Positions 1 to 17,075 are shown, counted from the first letter of the stretch. The stretch is 64,000 nucleotides of DNA from Escherichia coli (GCF_003334335.1 NZ_QOWQ01000012.1), one strand, 5' to 3'. Notes: generated by a model from the sequence alone, not told the origin. Numbers and translations: made by a program.

Positions 1-75
1 CGCGATCGCTTCCTTTCCGCCCCTGAAGCGGTGGAATACGGTCTGGTCGATTCGATTCTGACCCATCGTAATTGA
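1..75 (+). CDS. clpP: ATP-dependent Clp protease proteolytic subunit ClpP, C-terminal fragment (5' end outside window)
   Basis: Frame-1 translation ends ...EAVEYGLVDSILTHRN then TGA at 73-75, matching the ClpP C-terminus; clpX follows 125 bp downstream as in the clpPX operon. Confidence 0.85.
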   Translation, partial: RDRFLSAPEAVEYGLVDSILTHRN

Positions 76-200
76 TGCCAGAGGCGCAACTGTGCCGCTA
101 TACTTATCCAGGGCGGCACAACGCTGTAAGCGGCTTGCGCCTGAGAATGGCATTTGCGTCGTCGTGTGCGGCACAAAGAACAAAGAAGAGGTTTTGACCC

Positions 201-1475
201 ATGACAGATAAACGCAAAGATGGCTCAGGCAAATTGCTGTATTGCTCTTTTTGCGGCAAAAGCCAGCATGAAGTGCGCAAGCTGATTGCCGGTCCATCCG
301 TGTATATCTGCGACGAATGTGTTGATTTATGTAACGACATCATTCGCGAAGAGATTAAAGAAGTTGCACCGCATCGTGAACGCAGTGCGCTACCGACGCC
401 GCATGAAATTCGCAACCACCTGGACGATTACGTTATCGGCCAGGAACAGGCGAAAAAAGTGCTGGCGGTCGCGGTATACAACCATTACAAACGTCTGCGC
501 AACGGCGATACCAGCAATGGCGTCGAGTTGGGCAAAAGTAACATTCTGCTGATCGGTCCGACCGGTTCCGGTAAAACGCTGCTGGCTGAAACGCTGGCGC
601 GCCTGCTGGATGTTCCGTTCACCATGGCCGACGCGACTACACTGACCGAAGCCGGTTATGTGGGTGAAGACGTTGAAAACATCATTCAGAAGCTGTTGCA
701 GAAATGCGACTACGATGTCCAGAAAGCACAGCGTGGTATTGTCTACATCGATGAAATCGACAAGATTTCTCGTAAGTCAGACAACCCGTCCATTACCCGA
801 GACGTTTCCGGTGAAGGCGTACAGCAGGCACTGTTGAAACTGATCGAAGGTACGGTAGCTGCTGTTCCACCGCAAGGTGGGCGTAAACATCCGCAGCAGG
901 AATTCTTGCAGGTTGATACCTCTAAGATCCTGTTTATTTGTGGCGGTGCGTTTGCCGGTCTGGATAAAGTGATTTCCCACCGTGTAGAAACCGGCTCCGG
1001 CATTGGTTTTGGCGCGACGGTAAAAGCGAAGTCCGACAAAGCAAGCGAAGGCGAGCTGCTGGCGCAGGTTGAACCGGAAGATCTGATCAAGTTTGGTCTT
1101 ATCCCTGAGTTTATTGGTCGTCTGCCGGTTGTCGCAACGTTGAATGAACTGAGCGAAGAAGCTCTGATTCAGATCCTCAAAGAGCCGAAAAACGCCCTGA
1201 CCAAGCAGTATCAGGCGCTGTTTAATCTGGAAGGCGTGGATCTGGAATTCCGTGACGAGGCGCTGGATGCTATCGCTAAGAAAGCGATGGCGCGTAAAAC
1301 CGGTGCCCGTGGCCTGCGTTCCATCGTAGAAGCCGCACTGCTCGATACCATGTACGATCTGCCGTCCATGGAAGACGTCGAAAAAGTGGTTATCGACGAG
1401 TCGGTAATTGATGGTCAAAGCAAACCGTTGCTGATTTATGGCAAGCCGGAAGCGCAACAGGCATCTGGTGAATAA
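201..1475 (+). CDS. clpX: ATP-dependent Clp protease ATP-binding subunit ClpX
   Basis: 424-aa ORF starting [20 protein letters not shown] with zinc-binding CxxC pairs, Walker A GPTGSGKT; ATG at 201. Confidence 0.97.
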
Positions 1476-1505
1476 TTAACCATTCCCATACAATTAGTTA
1501 ACCAA

Positions 1506-1536
1506 AAAGGGGGGATTTTATCTCCCCTTTAATTTT
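1506..1536 (+). terminator. Putative rho-independent terminator after clpX
   Basis: GC-rich inverted repeat (aagggggga...tcccctt) followed by a T-run directly after the clpX stop. Confidence 0.4.
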
Positions 1537-1546
1537 TCCTCTATTC

Positions 1547-1582
1547 TCGGCGTTGAATGTGGGGGAAACATCCCCATATACT
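1547..1582 (+). promoter_or_regulatory. Putative sigma32 heat-shock promoter of lon
   Basis: TTGAA-containing -35-like element (about 1553-1557) and CCCCATAT -10-like element (about 1572-1580) upstream of lon; resembles the sigma32 consensus. Assigned by pattern only. Confidence 0.45.
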
Positions 1583-1662
1583 GACGTACATGTTAATAGA
1601 TGGCGTGAAGCACAGTCGTGTCATCTGATTACCTGGCGGAAATTAAACTAAGAGAGAGCTCT

Positions 1663-4017
1663 ATGAATCCTGAGCGTTCTGAACGCATTGAAATCCCCGT
1701 ATTGCCGCTGCGCGATGTGGTGGTTTATCCGCACATGGTCATCCCCTTATTTGTCGGGCGGGAAAAATCTATCCGTTGTCTGGAAGCGGCGATGGACCAT
1801 GATAAAAAAATTATGCTGGTCGCGCAGAAAGAAGCTTCAACGGATGAGCCGGGTGTAAACGATCTTTTCACCGTCGGGACCGTGGCCTCTATATTGCAGA
1901 TGCTGAAACTGCCTGACGGCACCGTCAAAGTGCTGGTCGAGGGGTTACAGCGCGCGCGTATTTCTGCGCTCTCTGACAATGGCGAACACTTTTCTGCGAA
2001 GGCGGAGTATCTGGAGTCGCCGACCATTGATGAGCGGGAACAGGAAGTGCTGGTGCGTACTGCAATCAGCCAGTTCGAAGGCTACATCAAGCTGAACAAA
2101 AAAATCCCACCAGAAGTGCTGACGTCGCTGAATAGCATCGACGATCCGGCGCGTCTGGCGGATACCATTGCTGCACATATGCCGCTGAAACTGGCTGACA
2201 AACAGTCTGTTCTGGAGATGTCCGACGTTAACGAACGTCTGGAATATCTGATGGCAATGATGGAATCGGAAATCGATCTGCTGCAGGTTGAGAAACGCAT
2301 TCGCAACCGCGTTAAAAAGCAGATGGAGAAATCCCAGCGTGAGTACTATCTGAACGAGCAAATGAAAGCTATTCAGAAAGAACTCGGTGAAATGGACGAC
2401 GCGCCGGACGAAAACGAAGCCCTGAAGCGCAAAATCGACGCGGCGAAGATGCCGAAAGAGGCAAAAGAGAAAGCGGAAGCAGAGTTGCAGAAGCTGAAAA
2501 TGATGTCTCCGATGTCGGCAGAAGCGACCGTAGTGCGTGGTTATATCGACTGGATGGTACAGGTGCCGTGGAATGCGCGTAGCAAGGTCAAAAAAGACCT
2601 GCGTCAGGCGCAGGAAATCCTTGATACCGACCATTATGGTCTGGAGCGCGTGAAAGATCGAATCCTTGAGTATCTTGCGGTTCAAAGCCGTGTCAACAAA
2701 ATCAAGGGACCGATCCTCTGCCTGGTAGGGCCGCCGGGGGTAGGTAAAACCTCTCTTGGTCAGTCCATTGCCAAAGCCACCGGGCGTAAATATGTCCGTA
2801 TGGCGCTGGGCGGCGTGCGTGATGAAGCGGAAATCCGTGGTCACCGCCGTACTTACATCGGTTCTATGCCGGGTAAACTGATCCAGAAAATGGCGAAAGT
2901 GGGCGTGAAAAACCCGCTGTTCCTGCTCGATGAGATCGACAAAATGTCTTCTGACATGCGTGGCGATCCGGCCTCTGCACTGCTTGAAGTGCTGGATCCA
3001 GAGCAGAACGTAGCGTTCAGCGACCACTACCTGGAAGTGGATTACGATCTCAGCGACGTGATGTTTGTCGCGACGTCGAACTCCATGAACATTCCGGCAC
3101 CGCTGCTGGATCGTATGGAAGTGATTCGCCTCTCCGGTTATACCGAAGATGAAAAACTGAACATCGCCAAACGTCACCTGCTGCCGAAGCAGATTGAACG
3201 TAATGCACTGAAAAAAGGTGAGCTGACCATCGACGATAGCGCCATTATCGGCATTATTCGTTACTACACCCGTGAGGCGGGCGTGCGTGGTCTGGAGCGT
3301 GAAATCTCCAAACTGTGTCGCAAAGCGGTTAAGCAGTTACTGCTCGATAAGTCATTAAAACATATCGAAATTAACGGCGATAACCTGCATGACTATCTCG
3401 GTGTTCAGCGTTTCGACTATGGTCGCGCGGATAACGAAAACCGTGTCGGTCAGGTAACCGGTCTGGCGTGGACGGAAGTGGGCGGTGACTTGCTGACCAT
3501 TGAAACCGCATGTGTTCCGGGTAAAGGCAAACTGACCTATACCGGTTCGCTCGGCGAAGTGATGCAGGAGTCCATTCAGGCGGCGTTAACGGTGGTTCGT
3601 GCGCGTGCGGAAAAACTGGGGATCAACCCTGATTTTTACGAAAAACGTGACATCCACGTCCACGTACCGGAAGGTGCGACGCCGAAAGATGGTCCGAGTG
3701 CCGGTATTGCTATGTGCACCGCGCTGGTTTCTTGCCTGACCGGTAACCCGGTTCGTGCCGATGTGGCAATGACCGGTGAGATCACTCTGCGTGGTCAGGT
3801 ACTGCCGATCGGTGGTTTGAAAGAAAAACTCCTGGCAGCGCATCGCGGCGGGATTAAAACAGTGCTAATTCCGTTCGAAAATAAACGCGATCTGGAAGAG
3901 ATTCCTGACAACGTAATTGCCGATCTGGACATTCATCCTGTGAAGCGCATTGAGGAAGTTCTGACTCTGGCGCTGCAAAATGAACCGTCTGGTATGCAGG
4001 TTGTGACTGCAAAATAG
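1663..4017 (+). CDS. lon: Lon protease (ATP-dependent protease La)
   Basis: ORF track starts at GTG 1618, but the protein matching Lon begins [26 protein letters not shown] at ATG 1663; Walker A GPPGVGKT; 784 aa. Confidence 0.95.
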   Translation: MNPERSERIEIPVLPLRDVVVYPHMVIPLFVGREKSIRCLEAAMDHDKKIMLVAQKEASTDEPGVNDLFTVGTVASILQMLKLPDGTVKVLVEGLQRARISALSDNGEHFSAKAEYLESPTIDEREQEVLVRTAISQFEGYIKLNKKIPPEVLTSLNSIDDPARLADTIAAHMPLKLADKQSVLEMSDVNERLEYLMAMMESEIDLLQVEKRIRNRVKKQMEKSQREYYLNEQMKAIQKELGEMDDAPDENEALKRKIDAAKMPKEAKEKAEAELQKLKMMSPMSAEATVVRGYIDWMVQVPWNARSKVKKDLRQAQEILDTDHYGLERVKDRILEYLAVQSRVNKIKGPILCLVGPPGVGKTSLGQSIAKATGRKYVRMALGGVRDEAEIRGHRRTYIGSMPGKLIQKMAKVGVKNPLFLLDEIDKMSSDMRGDPASALLEVLDPEQNVAFSDHYLEVDYDLSDVMFVATSNSMNIPAPLLDRMEVIRLSGYTEDEKLNIAKRHLLPKQIERNALKKGELTIDDSAIIGIIRYYTREAGVRGLEREISKLCRKAVKQLLLDKSLKHIEINGDNLHDYLGVQRFDYGRADNENRVGQVTGLAWTEVGGDLLTIETACVPGKGKLTYTGSLGEVMQESIQAALTVVRARAEKLGINPDFYEKRDIHVHVPEGATPKDGPSAGIAMCTALVSCLTGNPVRADVAMTGEITLRGQVLPIGGLKEKLLAAHRGGIKTVLIPFENKRDLEEIPDNVIADLDIHPVKRIEEVLTLALQNEPSGMQVVTAK

Positions 4018-4048
4018 TGACCTCGCGCAAAATGCACTAATAAAAACA

Positions 4049-4087
4049 GGGCTGGCAGGCTAATTCGGGCTTGCCAGCCTTTTTTTG
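4049..4087 (+). terminator. Rho-independent terminator after lon
   Basis: Inverted repeat ggctggcaggc / gcttgccagcc followed by TTTTTTT at 4081-4087. Confidence 0.6.
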
Positions 4088-4225
4088 TCTCGCTAAGTTA
4101 GATGGCGGATCGGGCTTGCCCTTATTAAGGGGTGTTGTAAGGGGATGGCTGGCCTGATATAACTGCTGCGCGTTCGTACCTTGAAGGATTCAAGTGCGAT
4201 ATAAATTATAAAGAGGAAGAGAAGA

Positions 4226-4498
4226 GTGAATAAATCTCAATTGATCGACAAGATTGCTGCAGGGGCTGATATCTCTAAAGCTGCGGCTGGCCGTGCGTTA
4301 GATGCTATTATTGCTTCCGTAACTGAATCTCTGAAAGAAGGGGATGATGTAGCACTGGTAGGTTTTGGTACTTTTGCCGTTAAAGAGCGTGCTGCCCGTA
4401 CTGGCCGCAACCCGCAGACCGGTAAAGAGATCACCATCGCTGCTGCTAAAGTACCGAGCTTCCGTGCAGGTAAAGCACTGAAAGACGCGGTAAACTAA
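4226..4498 (+). CDS. hupB: DNA-binding protein HU-beta
   Basis: 90-aa [31 protein letters not shown]..., GTG start at 4226 preceded by AGAGGAAGAGAAGA (Shine-Dalgarno-like). Confidence 0.96.
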
Positions 4499-4532
4499 GC
4501 GTTGTCCCCAGTGGGGATGTGACGAAGTTCAA

Positions 4533-4559
4533 GGGCGCATCTACTGATGTGCCTTTTTT
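4533..4559 (+). terminator. Putative rho-independent terminator after hupB
   Basis: Stem ggcgcatc / gatgtgcc followed by a T-run. Confidence 0.45.
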
Positions 4560-4689
4560 ATTTGTATTCGGTGACTTTCTGCGTCTTGTGGGCTGACAAT
4601 TGCCCCCGTTTCTTGTCACAATAGGCCTTTGCGCGCATCGATACGTTGCGTGAGGTACACAGTCATCTACAGCGGAGTGTTGTTACACC

Positions 4690-7135
<2,446 letters not shown>

Positions 7136-7176
7136 TGACCTCTGTACTTATAACAACAACGTAAGGTTATTGCGCT

Positions 7177-7575
7177 ATGCAAACACAAATCAAAGTTCGT
7201 GGATATCATCTCGACGTTTACCAGCACGTCAACAACGCCCGCTACCTTGAATTTCTCGAAGAAGCCCGCTGGGATGGGTTGGAAAATAGCGACAGTTTTC
7301 AGTGGATGACGGCCCATAACATCGCCTTCGTCGTGGTCAATATCAATATTAACTATCGTCGCCCAGCGGTATTAAGTGACCTGTTAACTATTACCAGTCA
7401 GTTGCAGCAATTAAACGGTAAAAGCGGCATCTTAAGCCAGGTCATTACACTGGAGCCGGAAGGGCAGGTGGTAGCGGATGCGCTTATTACGTTTGTTTGT
7501 ATTGATCTTAAAACGCAGAAAGCATTAGCTCTGGAAGGGGAATTGCGCGAAAAGCTGGAGCAGATGGTTAAGTAA
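7177..7575 (+). CDS. fadM: Long-chain acyl-CoA thioesterase III (hotdog fold)
   Basis: 132-aa ORF MQTQIKVRGYHLDVYQHVNNARYLEFLEEARW, 4HBT/hotdog-family signature. Confidence 0.93.
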   Translation: MQTQIKVRGYHLDVYQHVNNARYLEFLEEARWDGLENSDSFQWMTAHNIAFVVVNININYRRPAVLSDLLTITSQLQQLNGKSGILSQVITLEPEGQVVADALITFVCIDLKTQKALALEGELREKLEQMVK

Positions 7576-7587
7576 ACGTTTTGTGGT

Positions 7588-7612
7588 GCCGGATGCTCAA
7601 GCCGCATCCGGC
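7588..7612. terminator. REP-like hairpin, probable bidirectional terminator between convergent fadM and queC
   Basis: Perfect inverted repeat gccggatgc / gcatccggc separated by a short loop. Confidence 0.5.
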
Positions 7613-7626
7613 GACACCCGGAATAA

Positions 7627-8322
7627 TTACCTCAACCCGGTTTTCTGCTTCATCGCTGCCATCACCGTCGGTTTATCGGCCAGATAATGATTCAAACCGT
7701 TGGCGCGTAAATTACATGCCGCACAATGACCGCAACCGTCGCCTTTAAAGCCGTTATAGCAGGTCAACGTTTCGTTACGGACTAAATCCAGTTTGCCGTA
7801 ATAATCTGCCAGCGCCCAGGTTTCCGCTTTATCAATCCACATCAGCGGCGTTTCAAAACGAATATCTTTCGCCATGCCCAAACTGACGGCATGGTTTAGT
7901 GCTTTCACAAACTCATCGCGGCAATCCGGGTAGCCGGAGAAATCCGTTTCGCAGACGCCAGTAATTACGGCTTCTGCTTTTACCTGATACGCATATATTG
8001 CCGCCAGCGTCAGGAACAAAATATTACGCCCTGGGACAAACGTATTCGGGATACCATCGGCTTCAGGTTCATAATCAGGCACCGGAATGCTGTCACGCGT
8101 CAGGCTACTGACCGCCAGCTCGTTGAGCAGGGTGACATCCAGCACCTTATGCGCGCGTGCCCCCAGTTTCAGCGCCAGTTCGCGTGCCACGTCGATTTCT
8201 GCGCGATGCCGCTGACCGTAATCGAACGTCACGCAATGGACTTCATCATATTGTTGTAATGCCTGCACCAGACAGGTGGTGGAATCCTGACCTCCACTGA
8301 ACACAACGACAGCACGTTTCAT
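7627..8322 (-). CDS. queC: 7-cyano-7-deazaguanine synthase (queuosine biosynthesis)
   Basis: 231-aa [21 protein letters not shown] (PP-loop ATPase SGGxDS) with C-terminal zinc-binding cysteines. Confidence 0.95.
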   Translation of the reverse strand: MKRAVVVFSGGQDSTTCLVQALQQYDEVHCVTFDYGQRHRAEIDVARELALKLGARAHKVLDVTLLNELAVSSLTRDSIPVPDYEPEADGIPNTFVPGRNILFLTLAAIYAYQVKAEAVITGVCETDFSGYPDCRDEFVKALNHAVSLGMAKDIRFETPLMWIDKAETWALADYYGKLDLVRNETLTCYNGFKGDGCGHCAACNLRANGLNHYLADKPTVMAAMKQKTGLR

Positions 8323-8386
8323 AGATAATCCTGCTTGAACAATAAAAGCGTTATGGTAACGCCTGCGATTAACCCGGACCAGCTAT

Positions 8387-10087
8387 TCATTGCGATGGCG
8401 CGGGAAGCCAGGCTTCGGTAAATTCAAACCAGCCGCGCGGTGTCAGTCGCACACCGTTCACGCCGGGAGGGGCACTAATGCGATAGTGATAGTTGAACAG
8501 CGGCGTCAGCGTCGCATCTGTCATTAACTGGCTAAAAACCGCTTTCAGGGCATTAAATCGGTTTTCTTCATCAGGCATTATTTGCACGGCATCCAGTGTC
8601 GATTGTAGATGTGCGTATGCTGGAGCGTCGAAAACATGTGGCCACAGCGGATCGCAGCGCAGCCATTGCTCCAGAGTATATTCCGGTGCTTCGCCAATTA
8701 ATCTGTCGCCCATCATGAGGTCTGCGTGTGCCTGTAGGGTCGTGTCGTCCCAGTTTTTTGCGTTATGAAAAATAATTGTGAGTTCACAGCCTTCCGCTGC
8801 CAGTGTCGCCTGTAGGCGTTCTGCCATGGTATGAAGTTCTATCGGTAGGTGATAAACCAGCGTCAAGGTTTTCGGTAGTTTGACTTCATCCGGTACCTGC
8901 CAATGCGGAATAGTCCAGCCTGGCAGTAATGCATGACTGGCGGTGATCAGGTTTTCTCCGACTTCTAACGTTTGTAATAAACCGGATTGATGAATAATGG
9001 AGATCACTTTTCGCGCCTGCCAGAGGGAGAGTCGGGGACTTTTGCGCAACGTCAAATAGCAAAAACCTAAACTGATGCCGCTACTGACCTGGCTGACCCG
9101 TTGCAGCTCCTCCGGTTTGCCGATGGTGATTTGCACGGGATGCCGACAACTGGTTCCCAAATCTTTTTCGAAAAGCGGCGGAGTTATCCAGTACTCAACC
9201 GCTTTAAGCAGCGGATGACGTAAATGGTAATAATCATGGCTTTCCAGGCGCACCAGCTCTGCTGTGAATTGTGTTAAGCGAAAAGGACCCGTGCCGATCA
9301 GTGGGAATTGCGGATGCGCCAGATGGCTGCAATAGCTCGCCAGCCGGTGCGCAAGCCAGTAATCAGGGCGATGTAAAAAGAAGGTCAGACACTGCGGATG
9401 GGTGACTTCAATACGCTTCACGCTAATAAATAATTGATCCAGTGCTGGCAGTTGTAACAGCATCAATAATCGCTGGTGTAAGTGTGAGGCTTTTACTGCA
9501 TCGCCGTTATGCCAGTGTAGGGTTGAACGAAGATAAAAGTCCCAGCGTAACCCGTCAGTAGAGGTTTCCCAGTGATGCGCTAAATCGCCAATCGGGCGCT
9601 GAGTATTATTATCGAAGCGGGTCAGGCCGGAAAATATCTGCCCGGCGAGATGCTGCTCGGCACGGCCGGGCAAAAAGCCTGGTTGTAGCGGTTCGAGCGG
9701 GCGATAGTAGGGAATACGCAACGTGGGTGTATCGTTTTGCCATTGTCCGCCCATAAACGGCTGTAACAGAGTGCGCAGCTCACCTGGGGCCAGTTGCGCC
9801 AGCTCCAGCACATCTTGCTGCTTTCCGGTTTCCAGTGCCTGTTCCATCATCGCATTGCGTAGCGATTCCGGCGTGACCAGAAAGCGTAATTGTCCGCGCT
9901 TTCCGCGTCCTGACTGCGCCTGCCACTCCAGCCATCCCGCCTCCTGTGCCTGACGCAACAGCGTACGAACATGGCGTTCGCTGCAAAAACAGCGTTCGGC
10001 CAGTTCGCTGACGGTGACGGTTTGCGGCTTTCCGGCGGAAGGTTGCCACAGACGTTGATACTGGTTAAGACGGTTGAGCAATCGCAT
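8387..10087 (-). CDS. ybaE: Uncharacterised SgrR-like protein (N-terminal winged-HTH plus solute-binding-protein family 5 domain)
   Basis: ORF track gives 571 aa from ATG 10102; the recognised protein begins MRLLNRLNQYQRLWQ at the internal ATG (10087), 566 aa. The start choice is uncertain. Confidence 0.85.
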   Translation of the reverse strand: MRLLNRLNQYQRLWQPSAGKPQTVTVSELAERCFCSERHVRTLLRQAQEAGWLEWQAQSGRGKRGQLRFLVTPESLRNAMMEQALETGKQQDVLELAQLAPGELRTLLQPFMGGQWQNDTPTLRIPYYRPLEPLQPGFLPGRAEQHLAGQIFSGLTRFDNNTQRPIGDLAHHWETSTDGLRWDFYLRSTLHWHNGDAVKASHLHQRLLMLLQLPALDQLFISVKRIEVTHPQCLTFFLHRPDYWLAHRLASYCSHLAHPQFPLIGTGPFRLTQFTAELVRLESHDYYHLRHPLLKAVEYWITPPLFEKDLGTSCRHPVQITIGKPEELQRVSQVSSGISLGFCYLTLRKSPRLSLWQARKVISIIHQSGLLQTLEVGENLITASHALLPGWTIPHWQVPDEVKLPKTLTLVYHLPIELHTMAERLQATLAAEGCELTIIFHNAKNWDDTTLQAHADLMMGDRLIGEAPEYTLEQWLRCDPLWPHVFDAPAYAHLQSTLDAVQIMPDEENRFNALKAVFSQLMTDATLTPLFNYHYRISAPPGVNGVRLTPRGWFEFTEAWLPAPSQ

Positions 10088-10186
10088 ATAAACCCGGAAC
10101 AATATTATTTAACTATTCACTATTACTTCCGTATATATCAGGTGATACTCAATCACCATTAACCGTGTCACAGAGTGGAGAAAGAA

Positions 10187-11005
10187 ATGGCTCGTCTGGC
10201 AGCATTTGATATGGATGGCACTTTATTGATGCCTGACCATCATTTAGGTGAGAAAACCCTCTCTACTTTGGCGCGACTGCGTGAACGCGACATTACCCTC
10301 ACTTTTGCCACGGGGCGTCATGCGCTGGAGATGCAGCATATTCTCGGGGCGCTATCGCTGGATGCGTATTTGATTACCGGCAACGGAACGCGCGTGCATT
10401 CTCTGGAAGGTGAACTTTTACATCGTGATGATTTACCTGCGGATGTCGCGGAGCTGGTGCTGTATCAGCAATGGGATACCCGAGCCAGCATGCATATCTT
10501 CAATGACGACGGTTGGTTTACCGGGAAAGAGATCCCTGCGTTGTTGCAGGCATTTGTCTATAGCGGTTTTCGTTATCAGATAATCGATGTCAAAAAAATG
10601 CCACTCGGCAGCGTCACCAAGATCTGCTTCTGTGGCGATCACGACGATCTTACACGCTTGCAGATCCAGCTATACGAAGCATTAGGCGAGCGTGCACATT
10701 TGTGTTTTTCCGCCACGGATTGCCTCGAAGTGCTGCCGGTGGGCTGCAATAAAGGCGCTGCATTGACGGTGCTGACCCAACATTTAGGTTTATCGTTGCG
10801 CGATTGCATGGCCTTTGGTGATGCGATGAACGATCGCGAAATGTTAGTCAGCGTCGGTAGCGGATTTATTATGGGCAATGCGATGCCGCAACTGCGCGCG
10901 GAGCTCCCGCATTTACCGGTGATTGGACATTGCCGAAATCAGGCTGTCTCTCACTATTTGACGCACTGGCTGGACTATCCACATCTACCTTATTCCCCCG
11001 AATAA
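10187..11005 (+). CDS. cof: HMP-PP phosphatase, HAD superfamily Cof
   Basis: Protein [14 protein letters not shown] (HAD motif I DxDGT) starting at ATG 10187, 272 aa; the ORF track extends 4 codons upstream. Confidence 0.93.
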
Positions 11006-11157
11006 CGAGATCCCTTCCAGCACCGGGCAATTGCCCGGTTTTTTTTGCGTTGAATTTGTCATTTTGTGCCGTGGTGTTTAAACCGCACAGAATAAATTGT
11101 CGTGATTTCACCTTTAAAATAAAATTAAAAGAGAAAAAAATTCTCTGTGGAAGGGCT

Positions 11158-11616
11158 ATGTTAGATAAAATTGACCGTAAGCTGCTGGCCTTACTGCAGC
11201 AGGATTGCACCCTCTCTTTGCAGGCACTGGCTGAAGCCGTTAATCTGACAACCACCCCTTGCTGGAAGCGCCTGAAACGGCTGGAGGACGACGGTATCCT
11301 TATCGGCAAAGTCGCCCTGCTGGATCCGGAAAAAATAGGCCTCGGCCTGACCGCTTTTGTGCTGATAAAAACGCAACATCACAGCAGCGAATGGTATTGC
11401 CGCTTTGTCACGGTGGTTACCGAAATGCCAGAAGTGCTGGGGTTCTGGCGCATGGCTGGTGAATACGATTATCTGATGCGCGTCCAGGTTGCCGACATGA
11501 AACGCTACGACGAGTTTTATAAGCGTCTGGTAAACAGCGTGCCGGGGCTGTCGGACGTCACTTCCAGCTTCGCGATGGAACAGATTAAATACACCACTTC
11601 TTTACCCATCGAATAA
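11158..11616 (+). CDS. decR: Lrp/AsnC-family transcriptional regulator DecR (YbaO)
   Basis: 152-aa protein [48 protein letters not shown] (Lrp-type HTH) from ATG 11158; the ORF track's upstream extension overlaps cof and is rejected. Confidence 0.92.
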
Positions 11617-11645
11617 ATATCCAGAATCAGGTCAGGACACAACGC

Positions 11646-15192
<3,547 letters not shown>

Positions 15193-15235
15193 ATAGCGCA
15201 ATATTTCATCGTTGGTGCAAAAATGTAACGCACTG

Positions 15236-15252
15236 TGCACTGTCATAGTGCG
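15236..15252. promoter_or_regulatory. Possible NtrC (NRI) binding site upstream of glnK
   Basis: GCAC-N7-GTGC dyad (tgcactgtcatagtgcg) resembling the NtrC consensus TGCACC-N5-GGTGCA, about 55 bp upstream of the sigma54 element. Confidence 0.35.
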
Positions 15253-15304
15253 TTTTCATTTTCAAACTTCTTAACTTCCTGCTCTCTTTCTCGTTTTTCA
15301 TTTC

Positions 15305-15320
15305 TGGCACACCGCTTGCA
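15305..15320 (+). promoter_or_regulatory. Sigma54 (-24/-12) promoter of glnK-amtB
   Basis: TGGCAC-N5-TTGCA (tggcacaccgcttgca) with GG-N10-GC spacing, about 53 bp upstream of the glnK ATG. Confidence 0.65.
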
Positions 15321-15372
15321 ATACCTTCTTCGTGTAGCAGAACCATTACCGAATTCTGACCGGAGGGGATCT

Positions 15373-15711
15373 ATGAAGCTGGTGACCGTGATAATCAAAC
15401 CATTCAAGCTGGAAGACGTTCGTGAAGCGTTATCTTCCATTGGTATTCAGGGCCTGACCGTCACCGAAGTGAAAGGTTTCGGGCGTCAGAAAGGGCATGC
15501 CGAGCTGTACCGGGGGGCGGAATACAGCGTCAATTTCCTGCCAAAAGTAAAAATTGATGTGGCGATTGCTGATGACCAACTCGATGAAGTGATCGATATC
15601 GTCAGTAAGGCGGCTTACACCGGAAAAATTGGCGACGGCAAAATCTTCGTCGCTGAATTGCAACGCGTCATTCGTATTCGTACCGGCGAAGCCGACGAAG
15701 CGGCGCTGTAA
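15373..15711 (+). CDS. glnK: Nitrogen regulatory protein PII-2 (GlnK)
   Basis: 112-aa protein MKLVTVIIKPFKLEDVREALSSIGIQGLTVTEVKGFGRQKG from ATG 15373 after GGAGGGG SD; the ORF track's 46-codon upstream extension is rejected. Confidence 0.95.
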   Translation: MKLVTVIIKPFKLEDVREALSSIGIQGLTVTEVKGFGRQKGHAELYRGAEYSVNFLPKVKIDVAIADDQLDEVIDIVSKAAYTGKIGDGKIFVAELQRVIRIRTGEADEAAL

Positions 15712-15740
15712 TCTCTGGCACACAGCAACAGGAACGAAAA

Positions 15741-17027
15741 ATGAAGATAGCGACGATAAAAACTGGGCTTGCTTCACTGGCGATGCTTCCGGGACTGGTA
15801 ATGGCTGCACCTGCGGTGGCCGATAAAGCCGACAATGCGTTTATGATGATTTGTACTGCGCTGGTGCTGTTTATGACTATTCCGGGGATTGCCCTGTTTT
15901 ACGGTGGGTTGATTCGCGGCAAAAACGTGCTGTCGATGCTGACGCAGGTGACGGTGACATTTGCACTGGTCTGTATTCTCTGGGTGGTTTACGGTTACTC
16001 GCTGGCGTTTGGTGAGGGCAACAACTTCTTCGGCAACATTAACTGGTTGATGCTGAAAAACATCGAACTGACGGCGGTGATGGGCAGCATTTATCAGTAT
16101 ATCCACGTGGCGTTTCAGGGATCGTTTGCCTGCATTACCGTCGGCTTGATAGTTGGGGCGCTGGCGGAACGAATCCGCTTCTCAGCTGTGTTGATTTTCG
16201 TGGTGGTATGGCTGACGCTCTCTTACATTCCGATTGCGCATATGGTGTGGGGCGGTGGTTTGCTGGCTTCTCACGGTGCGCTGGATTTCGCGGGTGGCAC
16301 CGTGGTGCACATTAACGCCGCAATCGCCGGTCTGGTGGGCGCGTATCTGATAGGAAAACGCGTGGGCTTCGGTAAAGAGGCGTTTAAACCGCACAACCTG
16401 CCGATGGTCTTCACCGGGACTGCCATTCTCTATATCGGTTGGTTTGGCTTTAACGCCGGGTCAGCGGGCACGGCGAATGAAATCGCGGCACTGGCATTTG
16501 TGAATACTGTGGTCGCAACGGCGGCGGCAATTCTTGGCTGGATCTTCGGTGAATGGGCGCTGCGTGGTAAGCCTTCACTGCTGGGGGCGTGTTCTGGCGC
16601 GATTGCCGGTCTGGTCGGCGTGACGCCAGCCTGCGGCTACATTGGGGTTGGCGGCGCGTTGATTATCGGCGTGGTAGCTGGTCTGGCGGGCTTGTGGGGC
16701 GTTACCATGCTCAAACGCTTGCTGCGGGTGGATGATCCCTGCGATGTCTTCGGTGTGCACGGCGTTTGTGGCATTGTCGGCTGTATCATGACCGGGATTT
16801 TTGCCGCCAGCTCGCTGGGCGGCGTGGGCTTCGCTGAAGGTGTGACGATGGGCCATCAGTTGCTGGTACAGCTGGAAAGCATCGCCATTACGATCGTCTG
16901 GTCCGGTGTTGTGGCATTTATCGGCTACAAATTGGCGGATCTGACGGTTGGTCTGCGTGTACCGGAAGAGCAGGAGCGAGAAGGGCTGGATGTCAACAGC
17001 CACGGCGAGAATGCCTATAACGCGTAA
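15741..17027 (+). CDS. amtB: Ammonium transporter AmtB
   Basis: 428-aa ORF with signal peptide MKIATIKTGLASLAMLPGLVMA and multiple TM helices; 29 bp downstream of glnK. Confidence 0.96.
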   Translation: MKIATIKTGLASLAMLPGLVMAAPAVADKADNAFMMICTALVLFMTIPGIALFYGGLIRGKNVLSMLTQVTVTFALVCILWVVYGYSLAFGEGNNFFGNINWLMLKNIELTAVMGSIYQYIHVAFQGSFACITVGLIVGALAERIRFSAVLIFVVVWLTLSYIPIAHMVWGGGLLASHGALDFAGGTVVHINAAIAGLVGAYLIGKRVGFGKEAFKPHNLPMVFTGTAILYIGWFGFNAGSAGTANEIAALAFVNTVVATAAAILGWIFGEWALRGKPSLLGACSGAIAGLVGVTPACGYIGVGGALIIGVVAGLAGLWGVTMLKRLLRVDDPCDVFGVHGVCGIVGCIMTGIFAASSLGGVGFAEGVTMGHQLLVQLESIAITIVWSGVVAFIGYKLADLTVGLRVPEEQEREGLDVNSHGENAYNA

Positions 17028-17075
17028 CAAGCACTGCAAAAAACAGCCGGACGGTTTTCACCTCCGGCTATTTTT

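Noticed and set aside
1945-3177. 410-aa ORF on the minus strand inside lon
   Set aside because: Antisense shadow ORF of a strongly expressed gene: a stop-poor frame opposite a codon-biased CDS, with no recognisable protein signature.
10930-11157. N-terminal 76-codon extension of the decR (ybaO) ORF overlapping the 3' end of cof
   Set aside because: The Lrp-type HTH begins at the internal ATG 11158 ([10 protein letters not shown]...); the extension is low-complexity and overlaps cof.
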